Assembly (NCBI GenBank): GCA_965213685.1
Contig: CBDBZY010000044.1
Coordinates: forward strand, 64,001 to 128,000
Length of the DNA stretch: 64,000 bases
Direction of reading: 5' to 3'
Origin: a bacterium
GTDB taxonomy: Bacteria > UBA8248
Shown here: positions 9,937-19,520 of the stretch, piece after piece
How the letters are laid out: each line of letters starts with the position of its first letter
How positions within the stretch are numbered: the stretch's first letter is position 1
Position numbers and translations under genes: made by a program
Notes under the pieces: generated by a model
What the model saw: only the letters and a program-made list of their open reading frames with translations
Told to the model about the DNA's origin: nothing
Database searches by the model: none

Positions 9937-10386
9937 ATGGTGCGCATGGCGTGTGGGCGAATCTGCGTTTTTGTCCTGTTTCTGGCGATGGCGCTCCCCG
10001 GTTCGGGAGGGGCGGGTGCTGCGCCCGCGAATCCGCAGGGCGGCCCCATCGAGAAAAGACCCGAGGGCTTCGACACGCCGGAGCTCGGCCGCGCCCGCTT
10101 CCTGGGATGGGTGCGGCGGGATATCACCAGGCGCATTCCCGGGGAGGAGACCCTGATCAAGCAATACCTGGACGAGTGGAAATTGCGGTTCGAGACGCTC
10201 TCCATCAACAACCGGATTTTCGCCATCAACATTGACGTGGACGACAGGTATCCATACGACATCACGCTTCTTGACACGAACTGCGACGGAATCTACGAGA
10301 CCAAGGTGGAGGACAGGCCGGGGAAGCGGGTGGACATGTCGATCCCCGAATGCGTGTTTCGCCTCCCGACGGAATCCGGTCGCTGA
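9937..10386 (+). CDS. Hypothetical secreted protein
   Basis: Signal-peptide-like N-terminus, normal composition, DTNCDGIYE EF-hand-like loop; GGAGG RBS. Confidence 0.7.
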   Translation: MVRMACGRICVFVLFLAMALPGSGGAGAAPANPQGGPIEKRPEGFDTPELGRARFLGWVRRDITRRIPGEETLIKQYLDEWKLRFETLSINNRIFAINIDVDDRYPYDITLLDTNCDGIYETKVEDRPGKRVDMSIPECVFRLPTESGR

Positions 10387-10440
10387 GGCGCGGGCCCGTT
10401 GCCGTCAAGGGCGAAGGCGAGAGGTGGTGGCGCCGGCGGC

Positions 10441-11232
10441 GTGCGGCGGAAAAATCCATATTCCTGTTTGCTCGTTCTGCTCGTTCTCAGCGTTTTCGCA
10501 CCCCTCGCCGACGCCCGTTCGGCATCCTCCGGGCTTCGTCTGGTGCAGGTGATGGACGTCATGGCCGATCGGCGCAACGGCCAGCCCGTCGTCTTGCTGG
10601 AGGAGAAAAAAGGGGGCGTCCTGCTGCCCATATGGATCGGGCCGACGGAGGCGCAGGCGATTCTGATGGCACTGCACGGCGTCGCGCCGCCCCGGCCCAT
10701 GACGCACGATTTGATGCGCAACCTCATCCGCATCCTCCGGGCGCGGATTCTCCGGGTGGTCATCACCGAACTCAGGGAGGGCACGTATTTCGCCTTCATC
10801 GACATCGAGGCGCGTGGGAAGCGCTTCTCCGTGGACAGCCGGCCATCGGACGCCATCGCGCTGGCCTTGCGGGTGAAATCCCCGATATACGTGAAGTCGA
10901 GCGTGATGGAGTCCGGCTTTCGGGTGGGGCGGAAATACACCCACCCCAAAAAACTGGGCGTCATCCTTCAGAAACTCACCCCCTCCCTGGCGCGCTTTTT
11001 CGGGGACGGAGAAGCGGACGGGCTCCTGGTGGCCCAGGTTCGGGAGGGCGCGCCGGCGGCGCGTGCGGGGCTCCGCCGGGGAGACGTGATATTCGAGGCC
11101 GAAGGCGAGAAGGTCGGAACGGTAGATTTTTTTGAGGATGTTTTCCTGGCGCATCCGCTGGGCATGCGCGTTTCCATCCGCAGGGGACTGGGCGGCGAAA
11201 TACGCCGCTTGACGCTCAAGGCGGGATCGTGA
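10441..11232 (+). CDS. Bifunctional nuclease (DUF151) domain + PDZ domain protein with N-terminal hydrophobic leader
   Basis: LPIWIGPTEAQAI, PRPMTHDL, DSRPSDAIALA; C-terminal PAARAGLRRGDVI PDZ motif. Confidence 0.85.
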   Translation: MRRKNPYSCLLVLLVLSVFAPLADARSASSGLRLVQVMDVMADRRNGQPVVLLEEKKGGVLLPIWIGPTEAQAILMALHGVAPPRPMTHDLMRNLIRILRARILRVVITELREGTYFAFIDIEARGKRFSVDSRPSDAIALALRVKSPIYVKSSVMESGFRVGRKYTHPKKLGVILQKLTPSLARFFGDGEADGLLVAQVREGAPAARAGLRRGDVIFEAEGEKVGTVDFFEDVFLAHPLGMRVSIRRGLGGEIRRLTLKAGS

Positions 11233-11335
11233 AGGTTGCGTTCCAGGCGGTCCGTCCCGGGGCGGGACAAACCGCCCGCGCCGTCATCTCCCCCCGGCCC
11301 GCAACGCGGCGGCTGGTCTGAGAGGGCTCCTGGCG

Positions 11336-11917
11336 ATGCCGAGATACGCACCGAACGCAAAAGACGGCCTCATCGTCGTCGACCTGCAGGTGGATTTTTG
11401 CCCGGGCGGGGCACTCGCCGTCGCCGACGGGGAGGAGGTCGTCTCGCCGGTGAACGGGCTTCTGGAGATTTCCGCCTGGTGGAGGGTGGCGACGCGGGAC
11501 TGGCATCCTGCGGATCACGTATCGTTTCAGGGGCGGGGAGGCGTCTGGCCGCCTCATTGCGTAGCGGAAACGCCGGGTGCTGCGTTTCATCCGCGAATGC
11601 GCACCGAGAGGGTGGATGCGGTCGTCTCCAAGGCCGCCGCCCGGGACGCCGAGGCGTATTCGGGGTTTGACGGCACGGGGCTTGCGGATGATTTGCGGGC
11701 GCGGGGAATCGCGCGTCTTTTCGTGTGCGGGCTGGCGACGGATTATTGCGTCAAGGCCACGGCACTCGACGCGAGGCGGGAGGGGTTTGACGTCGTCTTG
11801 GTGGAAGACGCCGTCCGGGCGGTGAACCTCGACCCGGGGGACGGGGAGCGCGCCATCGCCGCAATGAGAGAAGCCGGCTGCGCCCTCGCCCTCTCGGAAG
11901 ATATTCGCCCGGATTAG
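11336..11917 (+). CDS. pncA: Nicotinamidase/pyrazinamidase
   Basis: VDLQVDFCPGGALAV, TRDWHP, WPPHCV, GLATDYCV. Confidence 0.93.
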   Translation: MPRYAPNAKDGLIVVDLQVDFCPGGALAVADGEEVVSPVNGLLEISAWWRVATRDWHPADHVSFQGRGGVWPPHCVAETPGAAFHPRMRTERVDAVVSKAAARDAEAYSGFDGTGLADDLRARGIARLFVCGLATDYCVKATALDARREGFDVVLVEDAVRAVNLDPGDGERAIAAMREAGCALALSEDIRPD

Positions 11918-11943
11918 CCCCGTCCGGTTTGGAGGAGGCAGCG

Positions 11944-12900
11944 GTGGCTCTGGTGCGCGTGCAGGTTCCGGCGAGCACGACGAATCTGGGCCCGGGGTTT
12001 GACGCCCTGGGCGTCGCGCTGCGGATTTACAATCGCGTGGAGCTGGACAGCCTCCCCTGGGGCGTGACGGTCCAGGTGGAGGGAGAGGGCCGGGACATCA
12101 TCCCCAGGGACGAGTCGAACGTCTGCGTGCAGGCCGTGAAGCGGGTGCATGAGCGGGCAGGGCGGCCTTTCACCGGCTTGTGGATGAAGCAACGCAACCA
12201 CATCCCCCTCGCCCGGGGGCTGGGCAGCAGTTCCGCCGCCATCGTGGGCGGCATCGTCGGGGCGAATATCCTGCTCGGCGGGCCATTGCGCATGGACGAA
12301 CTCGTCCAAATCGCCGTGGAGATGGAGGGGCATCCCGACAACGTGGTGCCCGCGCTGATAGGGGGGTTCTGCGTTTCGGCGACCACCCCCGATGGAAAGA
12401 CCATCTACACGAGAATGCCCGTGGTGTCGCATTACCGGTGGGTGATCGTGGTGCCGGCGTTCGAGGTCAGCACCCGCGCGGCCAGGCGAAAGCTGCCGGA
12501 GCGCGTCTCGCTGGGCGATGCGATTTTCAACGTTCAGCGGGTGGGCGCGCTGATGGCGGCGTTCGCCACCGGACGGGACGAGTTGTTTCGGGACGCCATG
12601 CAGGACAGGTTGCACCAGCCCTACAGGGCGGAGTTGATGGGCCCTTTGGAGGAGGCGTTCGAGGCGGCCTACGAGGCCGGCGCACTCGGGGCGTGCATCA
12701 GCGGTGCGGGCCCCTGCGTTCTGGCGATTTGCCGGAACAATCCCGGAAAGGTGGGCAATGCGATGCGCGAGGCGTATCAGGCGCGCGGCATCGGATGCCG
12801 GATGCACGTCCTGAGAATCGACACGCGCGGGGCCCGTGCGATGGAGTCGGAGCCCATGCCGGGGCAAGGTGTCTATCCGGTCGCCCGAGTAGCCCCGTAA
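11944..12900 (+). CDS. thrB: Homoserine kinase
   Basis: VPASTTNLGPGFDALG, IPLARGLGSSSAA, EGHPDNV, ISGAGP. Confidence 0.96.
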   Translation: MALVRVQVPASTTNLGPGFDALGVALRIYNRVELDSLPWGVTVQVEGEGRDIIPRDESNVCVQAVKRVHERAGRPFTGLWMKQRNHIPLARGLGSSSAAIVGGIVGANILLGGPLRMDELVQIAVEMEGHPDNVVPALIGGFCVSATTPDGKTIYTRMPVVSHYRWVIVVPAFEVSTRAARRKLPERVSLGDAIFNVQRVGALMAAFATGRDELFRDAMQDRLHQPYRAELMGPLEEAFEAAYEAGALGACISGAGPCVLAICRNNPGKVGNAMREAYQARGIGCRMHVLRIDTRGARAMESEPMPGQGVYPVARVAP

Positions 12901-12962
12901 AGCGCGGCGGGCGTCTTCGGGCTTTCAGTCCGGGGGGACAGACGCGCGCGGAACGAAAAAAC

Positions 12963-13397
12963 CTACCGGGGGCCGACGCATTCCAGCATGTTTCCGTCAG
13001 GGTCCTGGAAAAAGATGATGAACCGGCCCGGCACGACCTCGGTGACCTCGCCCATCAGCCGGACGCCCGCCGCCGCCAGGGCGTCATGGGCCTCCTGGAC
13101 GCTCTCCACCGTGAAGGTCAGGTAGCGGTATCCGGTGGCCTCGTCCACGATGCCGCCGCCCGCGGGCGGATCGGAGTCCGCCTGAACGACCTTGAGCTGC
13201 ACCTCGCCCGCCTGAAACGCCTTGAACTCGAACCTCCCCGAGGCACAGCCGGCCTGCTTCGCCTTCTCCTCTTTGATCTCGACCTCGCGCACGATCGGGA
13301 GGCCGAGGACGCCGCCGTAGAATTTCTCGGCCACCTCCAGGTCCTTGACCACGATGCCGACGTCGATGAACTCCTTGGTCATTTTCAGCAAAGACAT
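12963..13397 (-). CDS. VOC/glyoxalase family protein
   Basis: VGIVVKDLEVAEKFYGGVLGL...FFQDPDGNMLE; CAGGAG RBS. Confidence 0.9.
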   Translation of the reverse strand: MSLLKMTKEFIDVGIVVKDLEVAEKFYGGVLGLPIVREVEIKEEKAKQAGCASGRFEFKAFQAGEVQLKVVQADSDPPAGGGIVDEATGYRYLTFTVESVQEAHDALAAAGVRLMGEVTEVVPGRFIIFFQDPDGNMLECVGPR

Positions 13398-13664
13398 TGT
13401 GTGCTCCTGTTGGTTTCCGGGACACCCTCCCGCGATGTCCGGGATGGTTCGCCCATGTGCTCGAGAGAAGAGCAGAATATCATTCTCCCCATGCGGGGGA
13501 AACTCCCCGGACGGGGGTTTCTCGGATACTCCCCTCCCCGCATTCTTTGCTAGAATCGCGAAAGACCGTGTTCCGGCGGCGGCGTTGGAGGTTGCCGGAG
13601 GACGGGGGGGAGATTTTTTCGTCCGGATAGGCGATGCGGAAGTTTTATCACGGAGGGGGTGCGG

Positions 13665-14450
13665 ATGCGTTTGGAAGGGAAAAAGGCGGTTGTCACGGGT
13701 GGAGGCGGCGGAATCGGCCGAGGCATCATTCGCGCGTTCTCCCGCGAGGGGGCGCAGATTTGCGTGGTCGACGTCCACGAGGAGGTGGCGCAAAAAGGGC
13801 TCAAGGACGCCGGTGCGGGGGCGCATTTCGCTCTGCCGGCGGACGTGACGAGCGAGGCGCAAGCGGAGGACGTCATCCGGACGGCGGCGGAGCGGATGGG
13901 GCATATCGACATTCTGGTGAACTGCCATGGCAGGGCGTCGGCGCTGATGGGAAACCCGATCGAGAGAATCACGCTGGAGGAGTGGAACGCCGTTTTCGCG
14001 GTGAACGCGACGGGCGTGTTTTTGATGTGCCGGGCCGTCGCACCCCACATGCGCGCGCGCAAATACGGCAAAATCATCAATCTGGCGTCGCTTGCCGCGC
14101 GGCGCGCGAACGAGAACGTTCCGCATTATTGCGCGTCCAAGGCGGCGTGCATGAACCTCACGATGAGCCTTGCCAAGGAGATGGCCCCGCACAACGTGAA
14201 CGTCAACGCGATCAACCCGGGCCTGTTGTGGACAAACCTCTGGGAGAAGGGCCACGGCGTGATCATCGGTGCGGAGACGGATCGCCCCGCCCGGCGGGTG
14301 TTCGACGAATTCGTCGAGGCGGCGGTTCCGCTGGGCCGCGAGCAAACGCCCGACGACGTGGGCCACATGGCGGTCTATCTCGCGAGCGACGAGAGCAGAA
14401 ACGTCACCGGACAGGGCCTGCTCCTGGCGGGCGGGGCCTGGATGGTCTAG
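13665..14450 (+). CDS. Short-chain dehydrogenase/reductase
   Basis: TGGGGGIG, YCASK, NVNAINPG. Confidence 0.93.
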   Translation: MRLEGKKAVVTGGGGGIGRGIIRAFSREGAQICVVDVHEEVAQKGLKDAGAGAHFALPADVTSEAQAEDVIRTAAERMGHIDILVNCHGRASALMGNPIERITLEEWNAVFAVNATGVFLMCRAVAPHMRARKYGKIINLASLAARRANENVPHYCASKAACMNLTMSLAKEMAPHNVNVNAINPGLLWTNLWEKGHGVIIGAETDRPARRVFDEFVEAAVPLGREQTPDDVGHMAVYLASDESRNVTGQGLLLAGGAWMV

Positions 14451-14465
14451 CGGGGAGGCGAAAAA

Positions 14466-15512
14466 ATGCGGGCGGTCGTGTTGCGGAAGTTTGGCGGGGT
14501 GGAGAATTTCGAGGACGCCGATTGGCCCGAGAGGGCGCCCCGCTCCGGGGAGGTGAAAATCCGTGCGCGGGCGATCTCCGTGAACCCCACCGATTTCAAG
14601 GCCAGAAGAGGCGGCAACCAGGGGGCGGTCCCCATCGTCCTGGGCAGGGACACCGCAGGCGTGGTCGAATCGGTGGGCGAGGACGTCACGGAATTCTCCC
14701 CGGGCGATGAGGTCATGGCGTATCTGCCGAGGTTTGGCGACAGCGGCGGGGACGGGTATGCGGAATTCGTGTGCGTCCACGCCGCTTTTGTCGTGAAAAA
14801 GCCGCGCAACGCCACCTTTGCCGAAGCGGCCGCCTTGCCGCTCGTCTCATTGACCGCGCATGAGGCGGTGGTGATGAAGGCCGGGGTGCGGCCGGGCGAG
14901 GCGGCGTTCGTGGCGGGCGGCTCGGGAGGGGTGGGCAGCATGGCGCTCCAGATGCTCCGGCACATCGGCGCGTCTCCCATCGTCGCCACGGCGGGAAGCG
15001 AGGAGAGCGCGGAATACATAGAGGGGTGGATAGGCGCCTCCCCCAACCGGACGTTGCAATACTCCGGGCTGTCTGTCGGCGAGTTGTCCCGGCGGGCCGT
15101 GGAGATGAACGGCGGCCGCCTCTTTCCGGCCACGTTTGATTTCGTGGGCCGCGAGATGAAAAAACTCTGCTGCGAGGTGGTGGACTACTGGGGGAGAATC
15201 TCTTCCATCGCACCGGAGCCGGGAGCCCCGATAGCGGAGTTCTTCTCCTCCCAGGAGGGCCCCCTGTTCACCAAGTCCGCTTCGTTTCACAGCGTGTTCT
15301 TGCGCGCCCCCGCGGGCGGGGGCGGCCCCGGCTATTACGGGGTCTACAAAAAAGCGCTCGAGGAGGTGCGGGGCTGGGCGGAGGCGGGGAAAATACAACC
15401 GCCGCGGATCGCCGAGATGGGGGACCTGCGCGCGGAGAACATCGCGGGGGCGCACTCCCTTCTGGAGGGGGGCCACGTCTGCGGGAAGCTGGTGTTGCGG
15501 GTGGGCGAATGA
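14466..15512 (+). CDS. NADPH:quinone oxidoreductase-like MDR family protein
   Basis: SVNPTDFK, LGRDTAGVV, AGGSGGVG, GKLVL. Confidence 0.9.
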   Translation: MRAVVLRKFGGVENFEDADWPERAPRSGEVKIRARAISVNPTDFKARRGGNQGAVPIVLGRDTAGVVESVGEDVTEFSPGDEVMAYLPRFGDSGGDGYAEFVCVHAAFVVKKPRNATFAEAAALPLVSLTAHEAVVMKAGVRPGEAAFVAGGSGGVGSMALQMLRHIGASPIVATAGSEESAEYIEGWIGASPNRTLQYSGLSVGELSRRAVEMNGGRLFPATFDFVGREMKKLCCEVVDYWGRISSIAPEPGAPIAEFFSSQEGPLFTKSASFHSVFLRAPAGGGGPGYYGVYKKALEEVRGWAEAGKIQPPRIAEMGDLRAENIAGAHSLLEGGHVCGKLVLRVGE

Positions 15513-16618
15513 AGCCGAAGATCGGCAGGCGAAAATTTCTCATGGCCGCCGGCCTGGCGAGCCTGGGCACCTTGGGACTTGCGGGAGGGTGCGCGCGCCC
15601 GGGGCTTGGCTTCAAGGCGCCCGCACCGCTCCCTCCCGAGAGGCAGGGCCTCCTCTCCCGGGAGGCGGAATCTCTCTATTGGCCGCCTGGCGAGCCGGGA
15701 GCGTGGCGGAATCCCTGGTGGCCGCATCCGCGCTCGAGGGCCAACCTGCTGAAATGGAAATTCTTGTACCGCAATGAATTCGCGGGGGTCAAGGCGAGCA
15801 AGGCGCCCGAGGTTCCCGTCGTTCCGAACGATGGCGCGTATCTGTCGAGGCCGCAAAAAGCGCCTTCCATCACCTGGGTCGGCCATTGCAGCTTCATCAT
15901 CCAGGACGGCGCGAACGTCGTTTTGACGGACCCGCACTTCGGCGCGCGGGCCTTCTGGCATGGACGCCACCAGCCGCCGGGCGTTCCGGCGGCCTCCGTG
16001 CCTGGAGGTGCGGTCGCCACGATTTCCCACAACCATTACGATCATCTCGATTCATGGACGATCGAGAGCCTGCCCGGGGACGTCGCGTGGTTCGTTCCGG
16101 CGGGGCTGGGCGCTTTCGTGGAATCGCGCGGCCGCCGCGCCGTGGAGCTCAAATGGTGGGAGAGTGCGCGGCATCAGGGGGTGCGCGTCACCTGCCTGCC
16201 GGCACAGCACTGGTCGAACCGCTTCGGGGTGGGCGTGAACTCGACGCTCTGGTGCTCCTGGCTCATCGAAGCCGGCGGGCGCCGGTATTTCCACGGCGGC
16301 GACAGCGGCTACTTTCACGGGTTCCGGGAGTATGGCCGCAAATTCGGGCCCATCGACGTGGCGATGCTGCCGGTCGGCGCCTACGCGCCCCGGTGGATGA
16401 TGCGCTACGCCCACATGAACCCCGCCGAGGGGCTTGTGGCGTTTGCGGATCTGGGCGCGCGCTGGATGATCCCCATGCACTGGGGGACGTTCGACTTGAC
16501 GGACGAGCCCATCGACGATCCGCCCCGTGTCCTCAGGGCGCGCATCGAGGAGACGGGCGCCGACGCCAGCCGGGTCAGGACGATGGCGATAGGCGAGCGG
16601 TGGGAGGTGGACGCCTGA
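15509..16618 (+). CDS. MBL-fold metallo-hydrolase (NAPE-PLD/RomA-like), Tat-exported lipoprotein
   Basis: GRRKFL Tat motif and LAGGC lipobox; SHNHYDHLD, PAQHWS, GDSGY, PMHWGTF. Confidence 0.9.
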   Translation: MKPKIGRRKFLMAAGLASLGTLGLAGGCARPGLGFKAPAPLPPERQGLLSREAESLYWPPGEPGAWRNPWWPHPRSRANLLKWKFLYRNEFAGVKASKAPEVPVVPNDGAYLSRPQKAPSITWVGHCSFIIQDGANVVLTDPHFGARAFWHGRHQPPGVPAASVPGGAVATISHNHYDHLDSWTIESLPGDVAWFVPAGLGAFVESRGRRAVELKWWESARHQGVRVTCLPAQHWSNRFGVGVNSTLWCSWLIEAGGRRYFHGGDSGYFHGFREYGRKFGPIDVAMLPVGAYAPRWMMRYAHMNPAEGLVAFADLGARWMIPMHWGTFDLTDEPIDDPPRVLRARIEETGADASRVRTMAIGERWEVDA

Positions 16619-16681
16619 TCGCCCCCGCCGGCGGATGCGGCGCGGGGCGGGTTTTCCTGAGGAAGGGGGAGGGGGTGGATA

Positions 16682-16918
16682 GTGAACGATGCATACCGCA
16701 AGAAAAACGCCGACGACGAACAGGCGGCGCGGAGCAACCTGAACCGCCTGTTCGGCCGGCTCGCCTTCGAGAAGGGCAACGCCTACGGGCGCGGGGATGA
16801 GGAGGGGGAGGACCCGATAGCGCGGCTCCAGGATGATTCCATCGTCGCCCGAAGGCGCGTCAGAAGGAGAAAAACCGCCGATGACCGGAAGCCGCCGGAG
16901 GCGTATCCCGGGCCTTGA
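16682..16918 (+). CDS. Small charged hypothetical protein
   Basis: 78-aa ORF filling the gap, coding-like codon use, purine-rich RBS region. Confidence 0.5.
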   Translation: MNDAYRKKNADDEQAARSNLNRLFGRLAFEKGNAYGRGDEEGEDPIARLQDDSIVARRRVRRRKTADDRKPPEAYPGP

Positions 16919-16953
16919 GGCTCTGCCCGCGCGGCGGCTCGACGCGCGCGAAC

Positions 16954-16982
16954 TTGAACCGAAGCCCGAAGGGGGCTAGTCT
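16954..16982 (+). promoter_or_regulatory. Sigma70-like promoter of the ATP-grasp operon
   Basis: TTGAAC-N17-TAGTCT. Confidence 0.5.
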
Positions 16983-17032
16983 GCTTCCGATTCCGGCATC
17001 CGCAGGTGCCTGACTTCGGGCGGGAGGCGAAC

Positions 17033-18565
17033 GTGGAGAAGAGCGCATACGAGCTGGGCGCGGGGCGATCCCCCGGCGGAGCGGGGGAGGAGGACCCCTT
17101 CGCGGGATATGACCGGGACGCCCGCTTCTACGACGAGATGTTCGGGCCGGAGGGGAGGCCGCGCGATGCGTCCCGTCGGCTCGACGCCGCGTTGCGGGCG
17201 CTGGCGCGCGAGGACCTCGAAAAGCTACAGGAGGGCGTCTACCGGCGCTTTCTGCACGAGGGGATCACCTTCACGGTCCTCGACGCGGAGGAGGCCACCG
17301 AGCGGATCATCCCGATCGACTGCGTGCCCAGGCTTCTGACCGCGGCCGAGTGGGACCACGTCGAACGCGGCCTCAAGCAGCGCCTCGCCGCGCTCAACCT
17401 CTTCCTGAAGGACGTCTACCACGCGGGCCGCTCCCTGCGGGACGGGGTGGTGCCCCTCGACCTCGTCCTCGGCTGCCCGCAGTACCGCGCCGAGATGCGC
17501 GGGGTGCAGGTTCCGCACGACGTCTACGTCGCCGTGTGCGGGACGGACATCGTCCGCACCCACGAGGGGTTCGCCGTCCTCGAGGACAACCTGCGCGTTC
17601 CCTCCGGGGTGTCCTACATGCTCGCCTGCCGCAATGCGATGAAGGACGTGCTGCCGAAGCTCTACCGCGCGCACCGCGTGCGCGAGGTGGCGGATTACGC
17701 TGCGCGCCTCTATTCCACCCTCGCCTCTCTGGGCCGCGCCTCGCAGGAGCCGAACCTCGCGATACTGACCCCCGGCATGTACAACTCCGCATACTACGAA
17801 CACGCCTTTCTCGCCGGCGAGATGGGCGTCGACCTCGTGGAGGGGGGGGATTTGGTCATGCGCGACGCCAGGCTCTACGCGCGCACGACGGGGGGCCTGC
17901 GCCGGGTGGACGTGCTCTACCGGCGCATCGACGACGATTTTCTCGACCCGGTGACCTTTCGGAGCGATTCGCTCCTGGGAACAGCGGGGATTTTTCACGC
18001 ATACCGGGCGGGCAACCTGGCGCTCGCCAACGCGCCGGGCACGGGCGTGGCGGACGACAAGGCGCTGTATGCCTACGTTCCGGAAATCATCCGCTATTTT
18101 CTCGGCGAGGAGCCGATACTGGCGAACGTGGAAACGCACCTTTGCCGAGAACCCGGGGGGCTGGCCTACACGCTCGCGCACTTGGACGAGCTGGTGGTGA
18201 AGGAGGTGGGCGGATCGGGCGGCTACGGGATGCTGGTCGGGCCCCACGCCTCGGCCGCCGAGCGCGCGGAGTTCGCCGAGCAGGTGCGCGCGAACCCGGA
18301 GAATTTCATCTCCCAGCCCGCCCTCGCCCTCTCCCGCGCGCCGTGCTTCGTGGATGGGCGCATCGAGCCGCGCCATGTGGACCTCCGCCCCTTCGTGCTG
18401 CAGGGGCGCGATGCGCAGCACGTGGTTCCGGGCGGGCTGTGCCGGGTGGCGCTCCGGCGCGGAAGCCTCGTGGTGAACTCCAGCCAGGGCGGCGGCTGCA
18501 AGGACCTCTGGGTACTGGACGCCCAGGAGAGGAGGGAAGGCCGTGCTGGCCCGGGTGGCTGCTGA
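17033..18565 (+). CDS. Circularly permuted type 2 ATP-grasp protein
   Basis: LEDNLRVPSGVSY, YRRIDDDFLDP, GTGVADDK, GSGGYG, RHVDLRPF, VVNSSQGGG.KD. Confidence 0.95.
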   Translation: MEKSAYELGAGRSPGGAGEEDPFAGYDRDARFYDEMFGPEGRPRDASRRLDAALRALAREDLEKLQEGVYRRFLHEGITFTVLDAEEATERIIPIDCVPRLLTAAEWDHVERGLKQRLAALNLFLKDVYHAGRSLRDGVVPLDLVLGCPQYRAEMRGVQVPHDVYVAVCGTDIVRTHEGFAVLEDNLRVPSGVSYMLACRNAMKDVLPKLYRAHRVREVADYAARLYSTLASLGRASQEPNLAILTPGMYNSAYYEHAFLAGEMGVDLVEGGDLVMRDARLYARTTGGLRRVDVLYRRIDDDFLDPVTFRSDSLLGTAGIFHAYRAGNLALANAPGTGVADDKALYAYVPEIIRYFLGEEPILANVETHLCREPGGLAYTLAHLDELVVKEVGGSGGYGMLVGPHASAAERAEFAEQVRANPENFISQPALALSRAPCFVDGRIEPRHVDLRPFVLQGRDAQHVVPGGLCRVALRRGSLVVNSSQGGGCKDLWVLDAQERREGRAGPGGC

Positions 18566-19520
18566 TTTTTACTGGCTGGGCCGCTACGCGGAGCGCGTCG
18601 AGCAGACGGCGCGGATTCTCGAGCATCAGCTGACCCGGCTCGTGGATCGCCCGGCCGATGAGCTGGCGCTCGGCTGGCGGACGATATACCGGGTGCTCGG
18701 GCAACCGCCGCCCGGCGTGTCGGCGGAGGTGGACGAGGCTGAAGCCTTTCTCATTCCCGACGCCTACACGCTCGCCGGCATCCTCATCGAGGAGCGCTCG
18801 AACCCCGATTCCATCCTCTCGTGCTGGCATTGGGCGCGGGAGAACGCCCGGCGCATACGGCCGCAGCTCCCCTTGTCGGTGTGGACGTGCCTGAACCAGG
18901 GCTACCTCTGGATGCGGAACAGCGATTTCGCCAGAGCGTGGGCCGAGGCGCCGGTGGCGCTGGCGCGCGAGGTCATCGACCGGATGCGGCTGTTCGCGGG
19001 CGTGGTGGAGGCGATGATGTCCCGCGACGACGCGTGGCGCTTTCTGGAGCTCGGGCGGTTCATCGAGCGGGCGCAGCATCAGGCGGCGCTCCTGGGTGCG
19101 TGGACCGAATTCGCTCGCGAGGAGCAGGGCGCCACCGCCCTTTCCTGGGCCAGCCTCCTGCGCGTGTGCGGGGCGTACGAGATTTACTGCCGCCGCCGCT
19201 CGATGCGGGTGTCCCGGGAGGAAGCGCTCGTCTTCCTCGCCCGCGACCCCGAGCTTCCCCGCTCGCTTCGCTTCTCGTCGCGGCGGATCGAGGAGATGCT
19301 CGCCGGCATCGACCCGGTGGGCGCCCGGTATCCCCTCGCCCCGCTCCACGCGATGGCGCTTCACCTCGCGGCGACCATCGAAATCGAGGCGGCGCGGATT
19401 TCCGCCGAGGCGGACCCGGCCGGCTTCTTTCGCGCAGTGGCGAGGGACGTCCGGGCACTCCACGACCTGGTGATGGCCTCCTACGTGCATCGCTCCCTGG
19501 CGGAGGACCTTCCGGCATGA
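18543..19520 (+). CDS. Alpha-E domain protein
   Basis: MLARVA...YWLGRYAER, ARENAR, LGRFIERA, PRSL. Confidence 0.93.
   Translation: MLARVAADFYWLGRYAERVEQTARILEHQLTRLVDRPADELALGWRTIYRVLGQPPPGVSAEVDEAEAFLIPDAYTLAGILIEERSNPDSILSCWHWARENARRIRPQLPLSVWTCLNQGYLWMRNSDFARAWAEAPVALAREVIDRMRLFAGVVEAMMSRDDAWRFLELGRFIERAQHQAALLGAWTEFAREEQGATALSWASLLRVCGAYEIYCRRRSMRVSREEALVFLARDPELPRSLRFSSRRIEEMLAGIDPVGARYPLAPLHAMALHLAATIEIEAARISAEADPAGFFRAVARDVRALHDLVMASYVHRSLAEDLPA

Noticed and set aside
16964-17022. Long-range stem GCCCGAAG/CTTCGGGC suggesting a riboswitch before the ATP-grasp gene
   Set aside because: The 5' arm lies within the predicted promoter spacer and would not be transcribed; no known aptamer consensus
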